64,000 nt of DNA from an uncultured Chryseobacterium sp. (GCA_913776245.1 CAJYLO010000017.1:21184-85183), one strand, 5' to 3'. Positions 1-9,712 are shown, numbered from the stretch's first letter. Numbers and translations are program-made. The notes: generated from the sequence alone by a model not told the origin.

Positions 1-2
1 TC

Positions 3-566
3 ATTAAATTTGACCTCGATTTCAAAAAATATTTTACCTTTTTTAATGACAGGGTTAAACCTCATACTTTGGCTTTCAGACAGTTTGTAGGTATCGGAAT
101 TCCTTACGGAAACTCCAGCGAGATGCCGTTTATCAGATCCTATTTTAATGGTGGAGCATACGATATCCGTGCCTGGCTGGCTTTTGGCGGTCTTGGACCC
201 GCAGATTCCCAGCTGGATGAGCGGGTAAGATCTTATGCCATGGACAATGTGAAACTAACGACAAGTGTGGAGTATCGGGTACCGCTGACTAATATGTTTG
301 AAGCCGCTGTTTTCACAGATGCCGGTAACATTTGGGGATTAAAGGATAATGGATTTGGAGATCAGTTCAAGTTTAAAAAATTTATCAGTCAGATGGGCGT
401 CGGAAGCGGTTTTGGGTTAAGAGTCAATGTAGCTTATGTTACACTCCGTCTTGATATGGCTTATAAAATGTATGATCCCAACCAGCCGGAAGGAAGCAGA
501 TGGGTTGCCAATAAAATAAACCTACTTAAGCCTACTTTTAATTTCGCAATCGGTTATCCATTCTAA
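3..566 (+). CDS. BamA/TamA (Omp85) family outer membrane protein, C-terminal part (5' truncated by window)
   Basis: Frame open from the window start. Omp85 barrel motifs YFNGGAYDIRAW, FTDAGNIW, GSGFGLR; terminal FAIGYPF. Confidence 0.85.
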   Translation: MKFDLDFKKYFTFFNDRVKPHTLAFRQFVGIGIPYGNSSEMPFIRSYFNGGAYDIRAWLAFGGLGPADSQLDERVRSYAMDNVKLTTSVEYRVPLTNMFEAAVFTDAGNIWGLKDNGFGDQFKFKKFISQMGVGSGFGLRVNVAYVTLRLDMAYKMYDPNQPEGSRWVANKINLLKPTFNFAIGYPF

Positions 567-578
567 TTATTTTTTAAG

Positions 579-1613
579 ATGCGTTGGTTCAAATTTATCA
601 TCATTATATTATTTTGTCTTTTCGGACTCTATTCGTTGTCTATGAATTTTGTTGATGAAAGCAAAAGTTTTACTCATCAGTCAGAAATCAATTATCCTAT
701 AGAAAAGGTTTTTCCCCAGTTCAATAATCTGCAGAATTTTTCATCCTGGAATGATTTTTTTACCGAGAAGAAAGATCTGAGCTATTCTTTTTTCACACCT
801 TATGAAGGAAAAGGCAGTTCTATGAAGTATTCGGATAAATCCAATGATGAGTCAGGAGATCTTTTCATACGTTATTCTAATCCGGGAAGAACGATACGCT
901 ATCAGCTTTTTGAAGGAGAAAATAATAATCCATATCTGATTGATGTAAAATTCCGAGCCGAAGGAGCAAAAACAAAGATATTCTGGAACATTCATACGCC
1001 TAAGCGCAGTTATCTGGAACGTTCTATCAATCTTCTGGCAGAAGATTTCTTTGTCAGTAATATTGATAAAAGTATTAAAAATCTTTATCAGCTTTTGGGG
1101 AATAAGGTCAATAAAGATCAGCAGCTGGCATCTATTAAATATGACAGTATCATGATAGAAAACAGGGAAGGCGCTTTGCTTTTAGGCGTCAGCGTGAGTA
1201 CACGGAATACAAAGGATGCTTTATTTAAAAACGTTTTAATGAACCACGGAAAGGTCGTGAATTTTGTCCGTTCGGATCTCGGAAAAAAGGATGATGAGTT
1301 CGGAACCCCTGTAATGATCACTAATCCTTCTAATCTTAAAGATAAAGAAATCTCTTATTTTTATGGTGTTCCACTGTCTAAAAGGATACCGGTAAGCGAT
1401 AATAACTTCAATTTTCAGACAGTCAATTCCTCCAGAGTTTACTATGTTTATTATCAGGGAAATTATAATAACCGTATTAAAAGCATACAGGAACTCCTAA
1501 AAAAAGCAAAAAGAGACACACTCAGAAACGGACAGCTTATGGAAGAATTCCTGGAAGAACCGACAGGTAATCAGGATGTAAAACTTAAACTTTCCCTGCC
1601 TGTTTACCGGTAA
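579..1613 (+). CDS. SRPBCC (polyketide cyclase-like) plus GyrI-like effector-binding domain membrane protein
   Basis: N-terminal TM helix; INYPIEKVF..NLQNFSSW SRPBCC-like start; C-terminal YYQGNY...LMEEFL GyrI-like region. Confidence 0.6.
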   Translation: MRWFKFIIIILFCLFGLYSLSMNFVDESKSFTHQSEINYPIEKVFPQFNNLQNFSSWNDFFTEKKDLSYSFFTPYEGKGSSMKYSDKSNDESGDLFIRYSNPGRTIRYQLFEGENNNPYLIDVKFRAEGAKTKIFWNIHTPKRSYLERSINLLAEDFFVSNIDKSIKNLYQLLGNKVNKDQQLASIKYDSIMIENREGALLLGVSVSTRNTKDALFKNVLMNHGKVVNFVRSDLGKKDDEFGTPVMITNPSNLKDKEISYFYGVPLSKRIPVSDNNFNFQTVNSSRVYYVYYQGNYNNRIKSIQELLKKAKRDTLRNGQLMEEFLEEPTGNQDVKLKLSLPVYR

Positions 1614-1739
1614 AAAAATCTGATAAATATCATGTATATTTACGGGAATAAATCATTACTTTAAATAAAGGTCCGCAAAAAATTAGTAAATTTGTTGGCA
1701 ATTATTTAAAATTAAAATTTTAACAGATAATCTGTAATA

Positions 1740-4550
1740 ATGGATAAATTTTCATTTTTAAACGCCGTACATGCACAGCTGATTGACGATATGTACGAGC
1801 AGTACAAAAAATTCCCGGATGCATTGGAACCTTCTTGGAAAGCTTTTTTCCAAGGTTTTGATTTTGCTCTGGAAAACTATAGTGACAGTGATTTCGAACC
1901 GGCTCAGTCATCGGGTTCAGCACCGGTTCAGTATGCGCAGCAGGCTGTTACAAACAATGCCGTTTCCGAAGATATTGCAAAAGAGTTCAAAGTTGTAAAT
2001 CTTATAGAGGCCTACAGGTCAAGAGGGCATTTATTCACCAAAACGAATCCTGTAAGAGAAAGAAGACATTATTTCCCAACCCTTGAAATAGAGAATTTTG
2101 GATTGTCAAAAGACGATCTTAATAAAAAATTTAATTCTGCAACACAGACAGGAATGCCTGGTCCTGCAACTTTGCAGGAGATTATTACACATCTTCAGAA
2201 CATTTATTGTGATTCTATCGGTGTAGAATATATGCATATCCAGAATGTTGAAGAGAAAAAATGGATTATGGAGTGGGTGAATGTCAATGAAAACCACCCA
2301 AAACTTTCCGCAGAGGAAAAAACCGAAATCCTTTTTAAACTAAACCAGGCGGTTGCGTTTGAAAATTATCTTCACACCAAATTCGTTGGACAGAAACGTT
2401 TTTCTCTGGAAGGTGGTGAATCTCTGATTCCGGCTTTGGATCAATTGATTACACGTTCATCTCAATTAGGTGTAGATGAGGTGGTTCTTGGGATGGCTCA
2501 CAGAGGACGTCTGAATGTTTTAACTAATATTTTCCAGAAGTCATATAAGCAGATTTTTTCTGAATTCGAAGGGAAGGAATTTGAGGAAGATGTTTTCTCC
2601 GGTGATGTTAAATACCACTTGGGTTCATCAAAAAAAATAACTACTGCAAACGGAGAAGAAGTAAGAATCAATTTAACTCCTAATCCATCGCACCTTGAAA
2701 CTGTTGCTGCACTTGTAGAAGGAATCTGCAGGGCAAAAGTGGACAATGTTTACAAAAATGATTATTCCAAGGTATTGCCAATCGTAATCCACGGAGATGG
2801 TGCTATTGCAGGACAAGGTATCGTTTATGAAATCGCTCAGATGATGAATCTGGAAGGCTACAGAACCGGTGGAACAGTTCACATAGTAGTAAACAATCAG
2901 GTTTCTTTTACAACGAATTATCTGGATGCAAGATCTTCTGTTTACTGTACAGATATTGCAAAAGTGACAGATTCTCCGGTGATGCACATCAATGCTGATG
3001 ATGTGGAAGCGGTTGTTCACGCGATCAGATTTGCCGCAGATTTCCGTGCGAAGTTTGGAAAAGATGTTTACATCGACCTTTTGGGTTATAGAAAATATGG
3101 TCATAACGAAGGTGATGAGCCAAGATTTACACAGCCAAATCTTTATAAATTAATTTCAAAACATCAGAACCCAAGAGAGATCTATAAAGAACTTTTGATT
3201 AAGGAAAATGTAGTTTCTGACGAAGTTTTGAAAAAGATGGAACAGGAATTCAAAGCTTTGTTGGATGAGAATTTTGACGCTTCTAAGGAAATCGAGAGAA
3301 ATACAATGGACATTTTTATGCAGGATGACTGGACGGATTTCCCTATTGGCGGCAAAAACTGCATCGTAAAGTCAGAAGTGAATACATCTTATGACCTGGA
3401 AAAACTCAAGGAATTAGCTATTAAAATTTCTACATTACCTGGCGATAAAAAGTTCATCAACAAAATCACCCGTCTTTTCGAGAACCGAATCAAAATGGTG
3501 GAAAATAATTCACTGGATTGGGCTATGGGAGAATTGTTGGCTTATGCAACATTGCTTACGGAAAATTATAACGTCAGAATCTCCGGAGAAGATGTGGAAA
3601 GAGGAACATTCTCTCACCGTCACGCTGTGGTGAAGACTGAGGATACGGAAGAGGAATATATCCCGCTTCGTCATGTAAATGACCAAAGATTTGATGTTTA
3701 TAACTCTCATCTGTCAGAATATGGTGTTTTAGGATTTGATTATGGTTATGCAATGGCTGCGCCTAGAACTTTAACAATTTGGGAAGCGCAGTTCGGGGAT
3801 TTTACCAATGGCGCTCAGATTATCGTTGATCAATATCTGGTGGCGGCTGAGGAAAAATGGAAAATCCAGAACGGTTTAGTAATGATGTTGCCACACGGTT
3901 CAGAAGGTCAGGGCGCGGAACACTCTTCGGCCAGACTGGAAAGATTTCTGACGCTTTGTGCGAACGATAATATGATTGTTGCGAATATCACTTCACCAGC
4001 CAACTATTTCCACCTGTTGAGAAGACAGATGAAATTCGGATTCAGAAAACCATTGGTGATTATGACACCGAAATCATTGCTGAGACATCCGAAAGTGGTT
4101 TCTCCTATGGAAGATTTAGCAACCGGAAGTTTCCAGCCAATTTTAGATGACCCTACAGCTGATCCTGCAAAAGTAGAAAGACTGGTGCTTTGCACAGGTA
4201 AATTGTATTACGATTTATTAGCTAAGAAAGAGGAATTGAATGATGAAAAAGTGGCTTTGGTGAGATTGGAACAAATCTATCCACTGAATATGGACAGCCT
4301 TAACGCAATCTTTGACAAATATAAAAACAGAAAAGCATTGATCTGGGCTCAGGAAGAACCGGAAAATATGGGCGCCTGGAGCTATATTCTGAGAAACTTC
4401 AGAAATACAGACATTCAGGTTATTTCTCCTGTTGCGAGCGGAACACCTGCGCCGGGAAGTCATAAGATGTTTGAGAAAAATCAGACCAAAATCATCAATG
4501 ACGTTTTCCAAACCAATGATGCTCCCGTAAAAAGACCAGTAACAGCTTAA
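1740..4550 (+). CDS. sucA: 2-oxoglutarate dehydrogenase E1
   Basis: KRFSLEGGES, GMAHRGRLN, HGDGAIAGQG TPP motif, WEAQFGDF, EHSSARLER. TAAATTTG promoter box at 1687-1694. Confidence 0.97.
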   Translation: MDKFSFLNAVHAQLIDDMYEQYKKFPDALEPSWKAFFQGFDFALENYSDSDFEPAQSSGSAPVQYAQQAVTNNAVSEDIAKEFKVVNLIEAYRSRGHLFTKTNPVRERRHYFPTLEIENFGLSKDDLNKKFNSATQTGMPGPATLQEIITHLQNIYCDSIGVEYMHIQNVEEKKWIMEWVNVNENHPKLSAEEKTEILFKLNQAVAFENYLHTKFVGQKRFSLEGGESLIPALDQLITRSSQLGVDEVVLGMAHRGRLNVLTNIFQKSYKQIFSEFEGKEFEEDVFSGDVKYHLGSSKKITTANGEEVRINLTPNPSHLETVAALVEGICRAKVDNVYKNDYSKVLPIVIHGDGAIAGQGIVYEIAQMMNLEGYRTGGTVHIVVNNQVSFTTNYLDARSSVYCTDIAKVTDSPVMHINADDVEAVVHAIRFAADFRAKFGKDVYIDLLGYRKYGHNEGDEPRFTQPNLYKLISKHQNPREIYKELLIKENVVSDEVLKKMEQEFKALLDENFDASKEIERNTMDIFMQDDWTDFPIGGKNCIVKSEVNTSYDLEKLKELAIKISTLPGDKKFINKITRLFENRIKMVENNSLDWAMGELLAYATLLTENYNVRISGEDVERGTFSHRHAVVKTEDTEEEYIPLRHVNDQRFDVYNSHLSEYGVLGFDYGYAMAAPRTLTIWEAQFGDFTNGAQIIVDQYLVAAEEKWKIQNGLVMMLPHGSEGQGAEHSSARLERFLTLCANDNMIVANITSPANYFHLLRRQMKFGFRKPLVIMTPKSLLRHPKVVSPMEDLATGSFQPILDDPTADPAKVERLVLCTGKLYYDLLAKKEELNDEKVALVRLEQIYPLNMDSLNAIFDKYKNRKALIWAQEEPENMGAWSYILRNFRNTDIQVISPVASGTPAPGSHKMFEKNQTKIINDVFQTNDAPVKRPVTA

Positions 4551-4613
4551 TCAATTAATAAACTATAATAACAGTCTTCACAGATTGTTCTGAAATTAAA
4601 AACAATTATTCTT

Positions 4614-5855
4614 ATGTCAATATTAGAAATGAAAGTTCCTTCACCGGGAGAATCTATCACAGAAGTTGAAATTGCAACTTGGTTAGTTCAGGATGGTGAT
4701 TATGTAGAAAAAGACCAGCCGATTGCAGAAGTAGATTCTGACAAGGCGACTCTGGAACTTCCTGCTGAGCAAAGCGGAATCATCACTTTGAAAGCAGAAG
4801 AAGGAGAAGTGGTACAGGTTGGGCAAGTGGTTTGCCTTATCGATATGGATGCTGCAAAACCGGAAGGTGGCGCTGCGCCGGCTGCTGAGCAACCTAAAGA
4901 AGAGCCAAAAGCAGAAGTTAAAAAAGAAGAACCGGCTCCGGTAAAAGCAGAAGCAGCAAAAACTGAAACTTACGCTTCTCAGACACCTTCACCAGCGGCT
5001 AAAAAAATCCTTGATGAAAAAGGAATCAGTCCTTCTCAAGTTCAAGGTTCTGGCAGGGATGGTAGAATTACTAAAGATGATGCGGTTACAGCTTCGGTTC
5101 CGGCAATGGGAAGTGCGCCTGCCGGCGGAAACAGAGCGCAGACTACTACAAAACTTTCAGTGCTTAGAAGAAAATTGGCAGCAAGACTGGTTTCTGTTAA
5201 GAATGAAACAGCGATGCTCACGACTTTCAACGAGGTTGATATGTCCGAGATTTTCAGAATCAGAAAACAATATAAAGAAGAATTTGCAGCTAAGCACGGT
5301 GTAGGAATCGGGTTTATGTCTTTCTTCACAAAAGCGGTTACAAGAGCCTTGAAATTATTCCCGGATGTCAATGCATCTATCGACGGTGATTTCAAAATCA
5401 ATTATGACTTTGCAGATATTTCTATCGCAGTTTCCGGCCCGAAAGGATTAATGGTTCCTGTTCTTAGAAATGCTGAAAATATGACGTTGAGAGGTGTTGA
5501 AGCTAACATCAAAGAATTGGCAACGAAAGTAAGAGACGGAAAAATTACTGTTGATGAAATGACAGGCGGAACATTCACAATTACTAATGGTGGTGTTTTC
5601 GGGTCAATGTTATCAACACCAATTATCAATCCGCCGCAATCTGCAATTCTTGGGATGCATAATATCATCGAAAGACCGGTTGCTGTAAACGGACAGGTTG
5701 TGATCAGACCAATGATGTATGTGGCAATGTCTTATGACCACAGAATCATTGACGGAAGAGAATCTGTAGGATTTTTGGTAGCCGTGAAAGAAGCGCTTGA
5801 CAATCCGGTTCAGTTCCTGATGGATGGCGACGAAAGAAAAGCATTGGAATTGTAA
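4614..5855 (+). CDS. sucB: Dihydrolipoamide succinyltransferase E2
   Basis: Lipoyl motif DSDKAT, E3-binding [12 protein letters not shown], catalytic SYDHRIIDG. Confidence 0.97.
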   Translation: MSILEMKVPSPGESITEVEIATWLVQDGDYVEKDQPIAEVDSDKATLELPAEQSGIITLKAEEGEVVQVGQVVCLIDMDAAKPEGGAAPAAEQPKEEPKAEVKKEEPAPVKAEAAKTETYASQTPSPAAKKILDEKGISPSQVQGSGRDGRITKDDAVTASVPAMGSAPAGGNRAQTTTKLSVLRRKLAARLVSVKNETAMLTTFNEVDMSEIFRIRKQYKEEFAAKHGVGIGFMSFFTKAVTRALKLFPDVNASIDGDFKINYDFADISIAVSGPKGLMVPVLRNAENMTLRGVEANIKELATKVRDGKITVDEMTGGTFTITNGGVFGSMLSTPIINPPQSAILGMHNIIERPVAVNGQVVIRPMMYVAMSYDHRIIDGRESVGFLVAVKEALDNPVQFLMDGDERKALEL

Positions 5856-5878
5856 GAAATTACATTCAGCATAAAATT

Positions 5879-5905
5879 AAGAGAGCAATTATTGCTCTCT
5901 TTTTT
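5879..5905 (+). terminator. Intrinsic terminator of sucAB
   Basis: AAGAGAGCAAT/ATTGCTCTCTT hairpin followed by a T-tract. Confidence 0.8.
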
Positions 5906-5922
5906 GTTTAGAATAATGATTA

Positions 5923-6034
5923 TTTGGGTAGCTATTCCGCCTTCCGCTCCCAAACCTAACGAAGTGGTTCGACGTAGTCAATCTTTTCACTTCGCTGCGC
6001 TGCGTAAAAAGGATTTCCGCTCAAGTCGGGCTGC
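5923..6034. repeat. Structured intergenic repeat, copy 1 (possible Flavo-1-like RNA element)
   Basis: Shares TTTGGGYAGCTATTCCG..TCCGYTCCC and CCRCTCARGYCGGGCTGC ends with 9511-9610 and 55116-55197. Confidence 0.8.
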
Positions 6035-6074
6035 AAGTTCGATATCAAAACAACAGTTATCCTAAAAACATATT

Positions 6075-6130
6075 TTTGTCATTCTGAAAGAATCTAAACC
6101 TAGATATCGAGATTCCTCCGGAATGACAAA
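6075..6130. repeat. REP-like inverted repeat
   Basis: TTTGTCATTCTGAAAGAATCT ... AGATTCCTCCGGAATGACAAA: 21-bp imperfect inverted arms. Confidence 0.7.
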
Positions 6131-6317
6131 CACACTTTTATGATTATGAGACTTTGATAAGTTTTGAAATTTATGCTGAACTTGTTTAAGTAGCTTTGTG
6201 GACTTAAAAATATTTTCAATAAGTTAAAAAAAATCTTAGCATTCTTTGCGTTCAAAAATATTTCCACATAAACAAAAACCATTTCCAAAATTCACAATAA
6301 ATCCTTACTTTTGAACA

Positions 6318-7400
6318 ATGGAAAATTTCATCGTATCCGCACGCAAGTACCGTCCGCAAGAGTTTGATACTGTTGTTGGACAATCTCACGTGACCGATAC
6401 TTTGGAGCACGCTATTGAAGAAAGCCAGCTGGCTCAGGCGCTGCTTTTCTGCGGACCGAGAGGTGTCGGGAAAACAACCTGTGCCCGAATCCTTGCCAGG
6501 AAAATCAATGAAAAATCCGGAGCAGCTGATGATGAAGGATTTGCATTTAATATTTATGAATTGGATGCGGCTTCCAATAACTCTGTAGATGATATCCGTG
6601 AGCTGATTGACCAGGTAAGATTTGCGCCTCAGGTTGGTAAATACAAAGTTTATATTATCGATGAGGTTCATATGTTGTCTCAGGCTGCTTTCAATGCGTT
6701 TTTGAAAACTCTGGAAGAACCGCCTGCGCACGCAATCTTTATTCTCGCAACAACTGAGAAGCATAAAATCATTCCAACGATTCTTTCAAGATGTCAGATC
6801 TATGATTTTAAAAGGATCACAATTGAGGATATTCAGGAGCATCTGAGAAAAATTGCTGAAAAAGAAAGCATCACTTATGAAGATGATGCACTTTACCTGA
6901 TTGCTCAGAAAGCTGACGGTGCCTTGAGAGATGCATTATCAATATTTGACAGACTAAGTACATTTTCCCAGAAGAATATCACGCTCGAAAAAGCCGCCGA
7001 AGTTCTTAATATTCTGGATTATGACCAATATCTTAAAATTGTTGATCTGGCAAAACAGAATGATATTCCCGGCGTTTTGACCGCGTTTGATGAGATTGTT
7101 AAAAAAGGATTCGATCCGCATATTTTCATTGCCGGACTCGGAAATCATTTCCGGGATCTGATGATGGCTCAGAATCCGAAAACACTCAACCTCATTGAAG
7201 TAGGAGAGAAGACCAAATCAAAATTTGCTGAGCAGGCTCAGAAATGGTCGGCACAGCAATTAATTGATGGTATCGAGATTTGTAATTTTGCAGACATCAA
7301 TTATAAAAATTCCAAAAATCCCAGGCTGACTGTAGAAATTGCCCTGATGCAGTTGTCCAGTCTCACTGCAGGTTTGGATGCTAAAAAAAAAAGTTCCTGA
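6318..7400 (+). CDS. dnaX: DNA polymerase III subunit gamma/tau, zero-frame (gamma-length) product
   Basis: SARKYRP, Walker A GPRGVGKT, IIDEVHML, SRC motif. Ends just after an A10 run (7383-7392). Confidence 0.95.
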   Translation: MENFIVSARKYRPQEFDTVVGQSHVTDTLEHAIEESQLAQALLFCGPRGVGKTTCARILARKINEKSGAADDEGFAFNIYELDAASNNSVDDIRELIDQVRFAPQVGKYKVYIIDEVHMLSQAAFNAFLKTLEEPPAHAIFILATTEKHKIIPTILSRCQIYDFKRITIEDIQEHLRKIAEKESITYEDDALYLIAQKADGALRDALSIFDRLSTFSQKNITLEKAAEVLNILDYDQYLKIVDLAKQNDIPGVLTAFDEIVKKGFDPHIFIAGLGNHFRDLMMAQNPKTLNLIEVGEKTKSKFAEQAQKWSAQQLIDGIEICNFADINYKNSKNPRLTVEIALMQLSSLTAGLDAKKKSS

Positions 7401-8029
7401 TATTAGCACCACTTCTTGAAGCTAATCTTCTGAAAGACCCAAGTCCAAAGATTCAAGACTCAAAAGAAGTTAAAGAGCCGGCAACCAACAACCAACAAAC
7501 GGCAACTAAAGTTTCTTTTGAAGAACCGGTAAAAGTGATTCAAAAAGCTACGGAACCTTTATCTAAAGTAACTTCTAATTCTCAATTCAGCATAAAAGCG
7601 GCATTAGAAAAGAAAGAAGAGATAGAGAAAGATCAGTTTGCCGAAGTAAAAGATGAGAACCTTCCTTCCAATCATTTTTCTCAGACGGATGTTGACAGAG
7701 AGTGGGAAATCTTTCTGAAAAATCTGGCAAAAACCGATACATTCGCTTATAATGCTATCAATAGTTTTAAGCTGGAAAAGTCGGATGAGCATCAGATCGT
7801 AGTAAAATATTCTTCTGAAACAGCAAAGGCCGAATTCGACCGATTGAGTATTGAGTTTTTTAACCATTTCAGGCATAAAGTGAATAATTTCAAGATTGAA
7901 ATTGAATACGCTGTGGATATAACCATCAAAAAAGAAATTGTCACCAAAAGAAAGATCTTTGAAAAATTTGTAGAAATTAATCCGCTTTTAAAAGATTTAG
8001 ATGATTTGATGAAGTTTGATTTGACATAA
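7385..8029 (+). CDS. dnaX: DnaX tau C-terminal extension in the -1 frame (reached by recoding at A10)
   Basis: The -1 frame is open from 7385 (after TAA 7382-7384) to 8029. Low-complexity linker followed by a domain ending INPLLKDLDDLMKFDLT, typical of tau C-termini. Confidence 0.8.
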   Translation, partial: KKKFLILAPLLEANLLKDPSPKIQDSKEVKEPATNNQQTATKVSFEEPVKVIQKATEPLSKVTSNSQFSIKAALEKKEEIEKDQFAEVKDENLPSNHFSQTDVDREWEIFLKNLAKTDTFAYNAINSFKLEKSDEHQIVVKYSSETAKAEFDRLSIEFFNHFRHKVNNFKIEIEYAVDITIKKEIVTKRKIFEKFVEINPLLKDLDDLMKFDLT

Positions 8030-8119
8030 ATTTATATATTTGTCTAAGATTTCTTCGATTTTAGAAGAAACTATCAGCCAAAACAAGCTCAATAGTCCTT
8101 AAAATAAAGGATTTTTTAA

Positions 8120-8248
8120 ATGGTATCAAACCGATTTACATATTACACAACTTCAGAATCTGTTACTTCTTTTGACAGATTACTTAGCTTTTTTGGATTT
8201 TATTACGGAAATTTCAGAACCTATTACCGATTTTATTGGTATAGTTAA
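8120..8248 (+). CDS. Putative aromatic-amino-acid leader peptide (42 aa)
   Basis: Manual translation: MVSNRFTYYTTSESVTSFDRLLSFFGFYYGNFRTYYRFYWYS (7 F, 8 Y, 1 W). Lies between a TATATTTG promoter box (8035-8042) and the DAHP synthase/chorismate mutase gene. Confidence 0.75.
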   Translation: MVSNRFTYYTTSESVTSFDRLLSFFGFYYGNFRTYYRFYWYS

Positions 8249-8398
8249 ACAAATTTCTTTCTCAAAAAACGTACGGATATTTTAAAATCCGTAAAAACAT
8301 TTAAAATTTTTTTAACGGTATTTTTTGAAAAGAATTATAAATCAAAATTTATAAAAGATAAACTATTGCATGACTTTAAAAATATAGAAATTGAAAAT

Positions 8399-9478
8399 AT
8401 GAACTTAAACGAATTGAAAAATGATTGGGTAAATGAGTTCCCAAACCCAATGATTATCGCTGGGCCTTGCAGTGCAGAAAGCGAATCCCAAATGTTGGAA
8501 ACCGCTAAAAGACTGAAGGAAAGTGGTGCAGAAATATCAGCTTTCCGTGCTGGAATCTGGAAACCGAGAACCAAACCAAACGGTTTCGAAGGCGTAGGTG
8601 TAATCGGTCTTAACTGGCTGAAAAAAGTCAAGGAAGAATATGGTTTCAAAACGGCAACCGAAGTGGCGAACGCTCATCACGTTTTTGCAGCATTGGAGGC
8701 AGATGTGGATATACTTTGGATTGGTGCACGTTCTACGGTTAATCCTTTTACTGTGCAAGAAATTGCTCAGGCACTCAGAGGAACAAACAAGCCGGTTTTG
8801 GTTAAAAATCCTGTTAATCCGGACCTTGCGCTTTGGATCGGAGCATTGGAAAGATTGTTAGGTCAGGGTGTAGAAAATGTTGGCGCTATCCACAGAGGAT
8901 TTTCAACCTATCAGAAAACAAAATACAGAAATATCCCGAATTGGCAAATTGCTTTGGACTTTAAAAACCAATTCCCGAATATTCCTTTATTTATAGATCC
9001 GTCTCACATTTGCGGGAACAGAATCGGTTTGGCTGGCGTTGCGCAGGAAGCTTTCAATGTTGGCTATCAGGGTGCGATTATCGAGAGTCACTGCGACCCG
9101 GATAATGCGTGGAGCGACGCCGCACAGCAGATCACGCCGGAAGTTCTGGCAGATATGATCAATAATCTTCAGATCCGTAATTCCGACATTTCCGGGTATG
9201 AAGATGATATGGGAAAACACAGAACACTGATTAGTGATCTTGATTTTCAACTGATTGAATTGCTGTCTCAGAGAATGAAGGTCTCAGAAAAAATCGGCAA
9301 GCTTAAAAAGGAAAATAATATCGCGATTTTCCAGCCGGAACGTTGGAAAGTGATCACAGAATATGCCACGCAGAAAGCATTTGAAACAGGAATGTCTCAG
9401 GAGTTCATAGAAAAGGTGTTCAAAGCTATTCACGAGGAAAGTATAGAGGTTCAGAACGGAATCATGATTGACAGATAA
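8399..9478 (+). CDS. Bifunctional DAHP synthase (type I-beta-like) / chorismate mutase type II
   Basis: IIAGPCSAES, GIWKPRT, WIGAR, DPSH, IIESH motifs; C-terminal AroQ-like domain (RMKVSEKIGKLKK..IFQPERW). Start moved to ATG 8399. Confidence 0.9.
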   Translation: MNLNELKNDWVNEFPNPMIIAGPCSAESESQMLETAKRLKESGAEISAFRAGIWKPRTKPNGFEGVGVIGLNWLKKVKEEYGFKTATEVANAHHVFAALEADVDILWIGARSTVNPFTVQEIAQALRGTNKPVLVKNPVNPDLALWIGALERLLGQGVENVGAIHRGFSTYQKTKYRNIPNWQIALDFKNQFPNIPLFIDPSHICGNRIGLAGVAQEAFNVGYQGAIIESHCDPDNAWSDAAQQITPEVLADMINNLQIRNSDISGYEDDMGKHRTLISDLDFQLIELLSQRMKVSEKIGKLKKENNIAIFQPERWKVITEYATQKAFETGMSQEFIEKVFKAIHEESIEVQNGIMIDR

Positions 9479-9510
9479 TATCAGTTTAAAATACTTAAAA
9501 ACTATTATTG

Positions 9511-9610
9511 TTTGGGCAGCTATTCCGTCCTCCGTTCCCGCTTTTTGTAGTTTTGCCAAGGTTTTTCCCAACGCAAAAACTACAAAAGAGCTCCACTCAG
9601 GCCGGGCTGC
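9511..9610. repeat. Structured intergenic repeat, copy 2
   Basis: Same conserved ends as copies 1 and 3; internal hairpin CTTTTTGTAGTTTTG/CAAAAACTACAAAAG. Confidence 0.85.
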
Positions 9611-9634
9611 GCAAGATTCTCTATATAAAAATTA

Positions 9635-9661
9635 AAGAAGCGAATTATTCGCTTCTTTTTT
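9635..9661 (+). terminator. Intrinsic terminator
   Basis: AAGAAGCGAAT/ATTCGCTTCTT hairpin plus T-tract. Confidence 0.8.
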
Positions 9662-9712
9662 ATTGGAGCTGATTTTAAATTTCTAAATTTGCCATATACA
9701 AAATTCTATTGT

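Noticed and set aside
6100-6288. 62-aa minus-strand ORF in the sucB-dnaX spacer
   Set aside because: Runs through repeat fragments; low-complexity AT-driven composition.
7535-8029. Independent 164-aa gene starting at GTG 7535
   Set aside because: The frame is open back to the A10 run at 7385; better explained as the recoded tau tail of dnaX.
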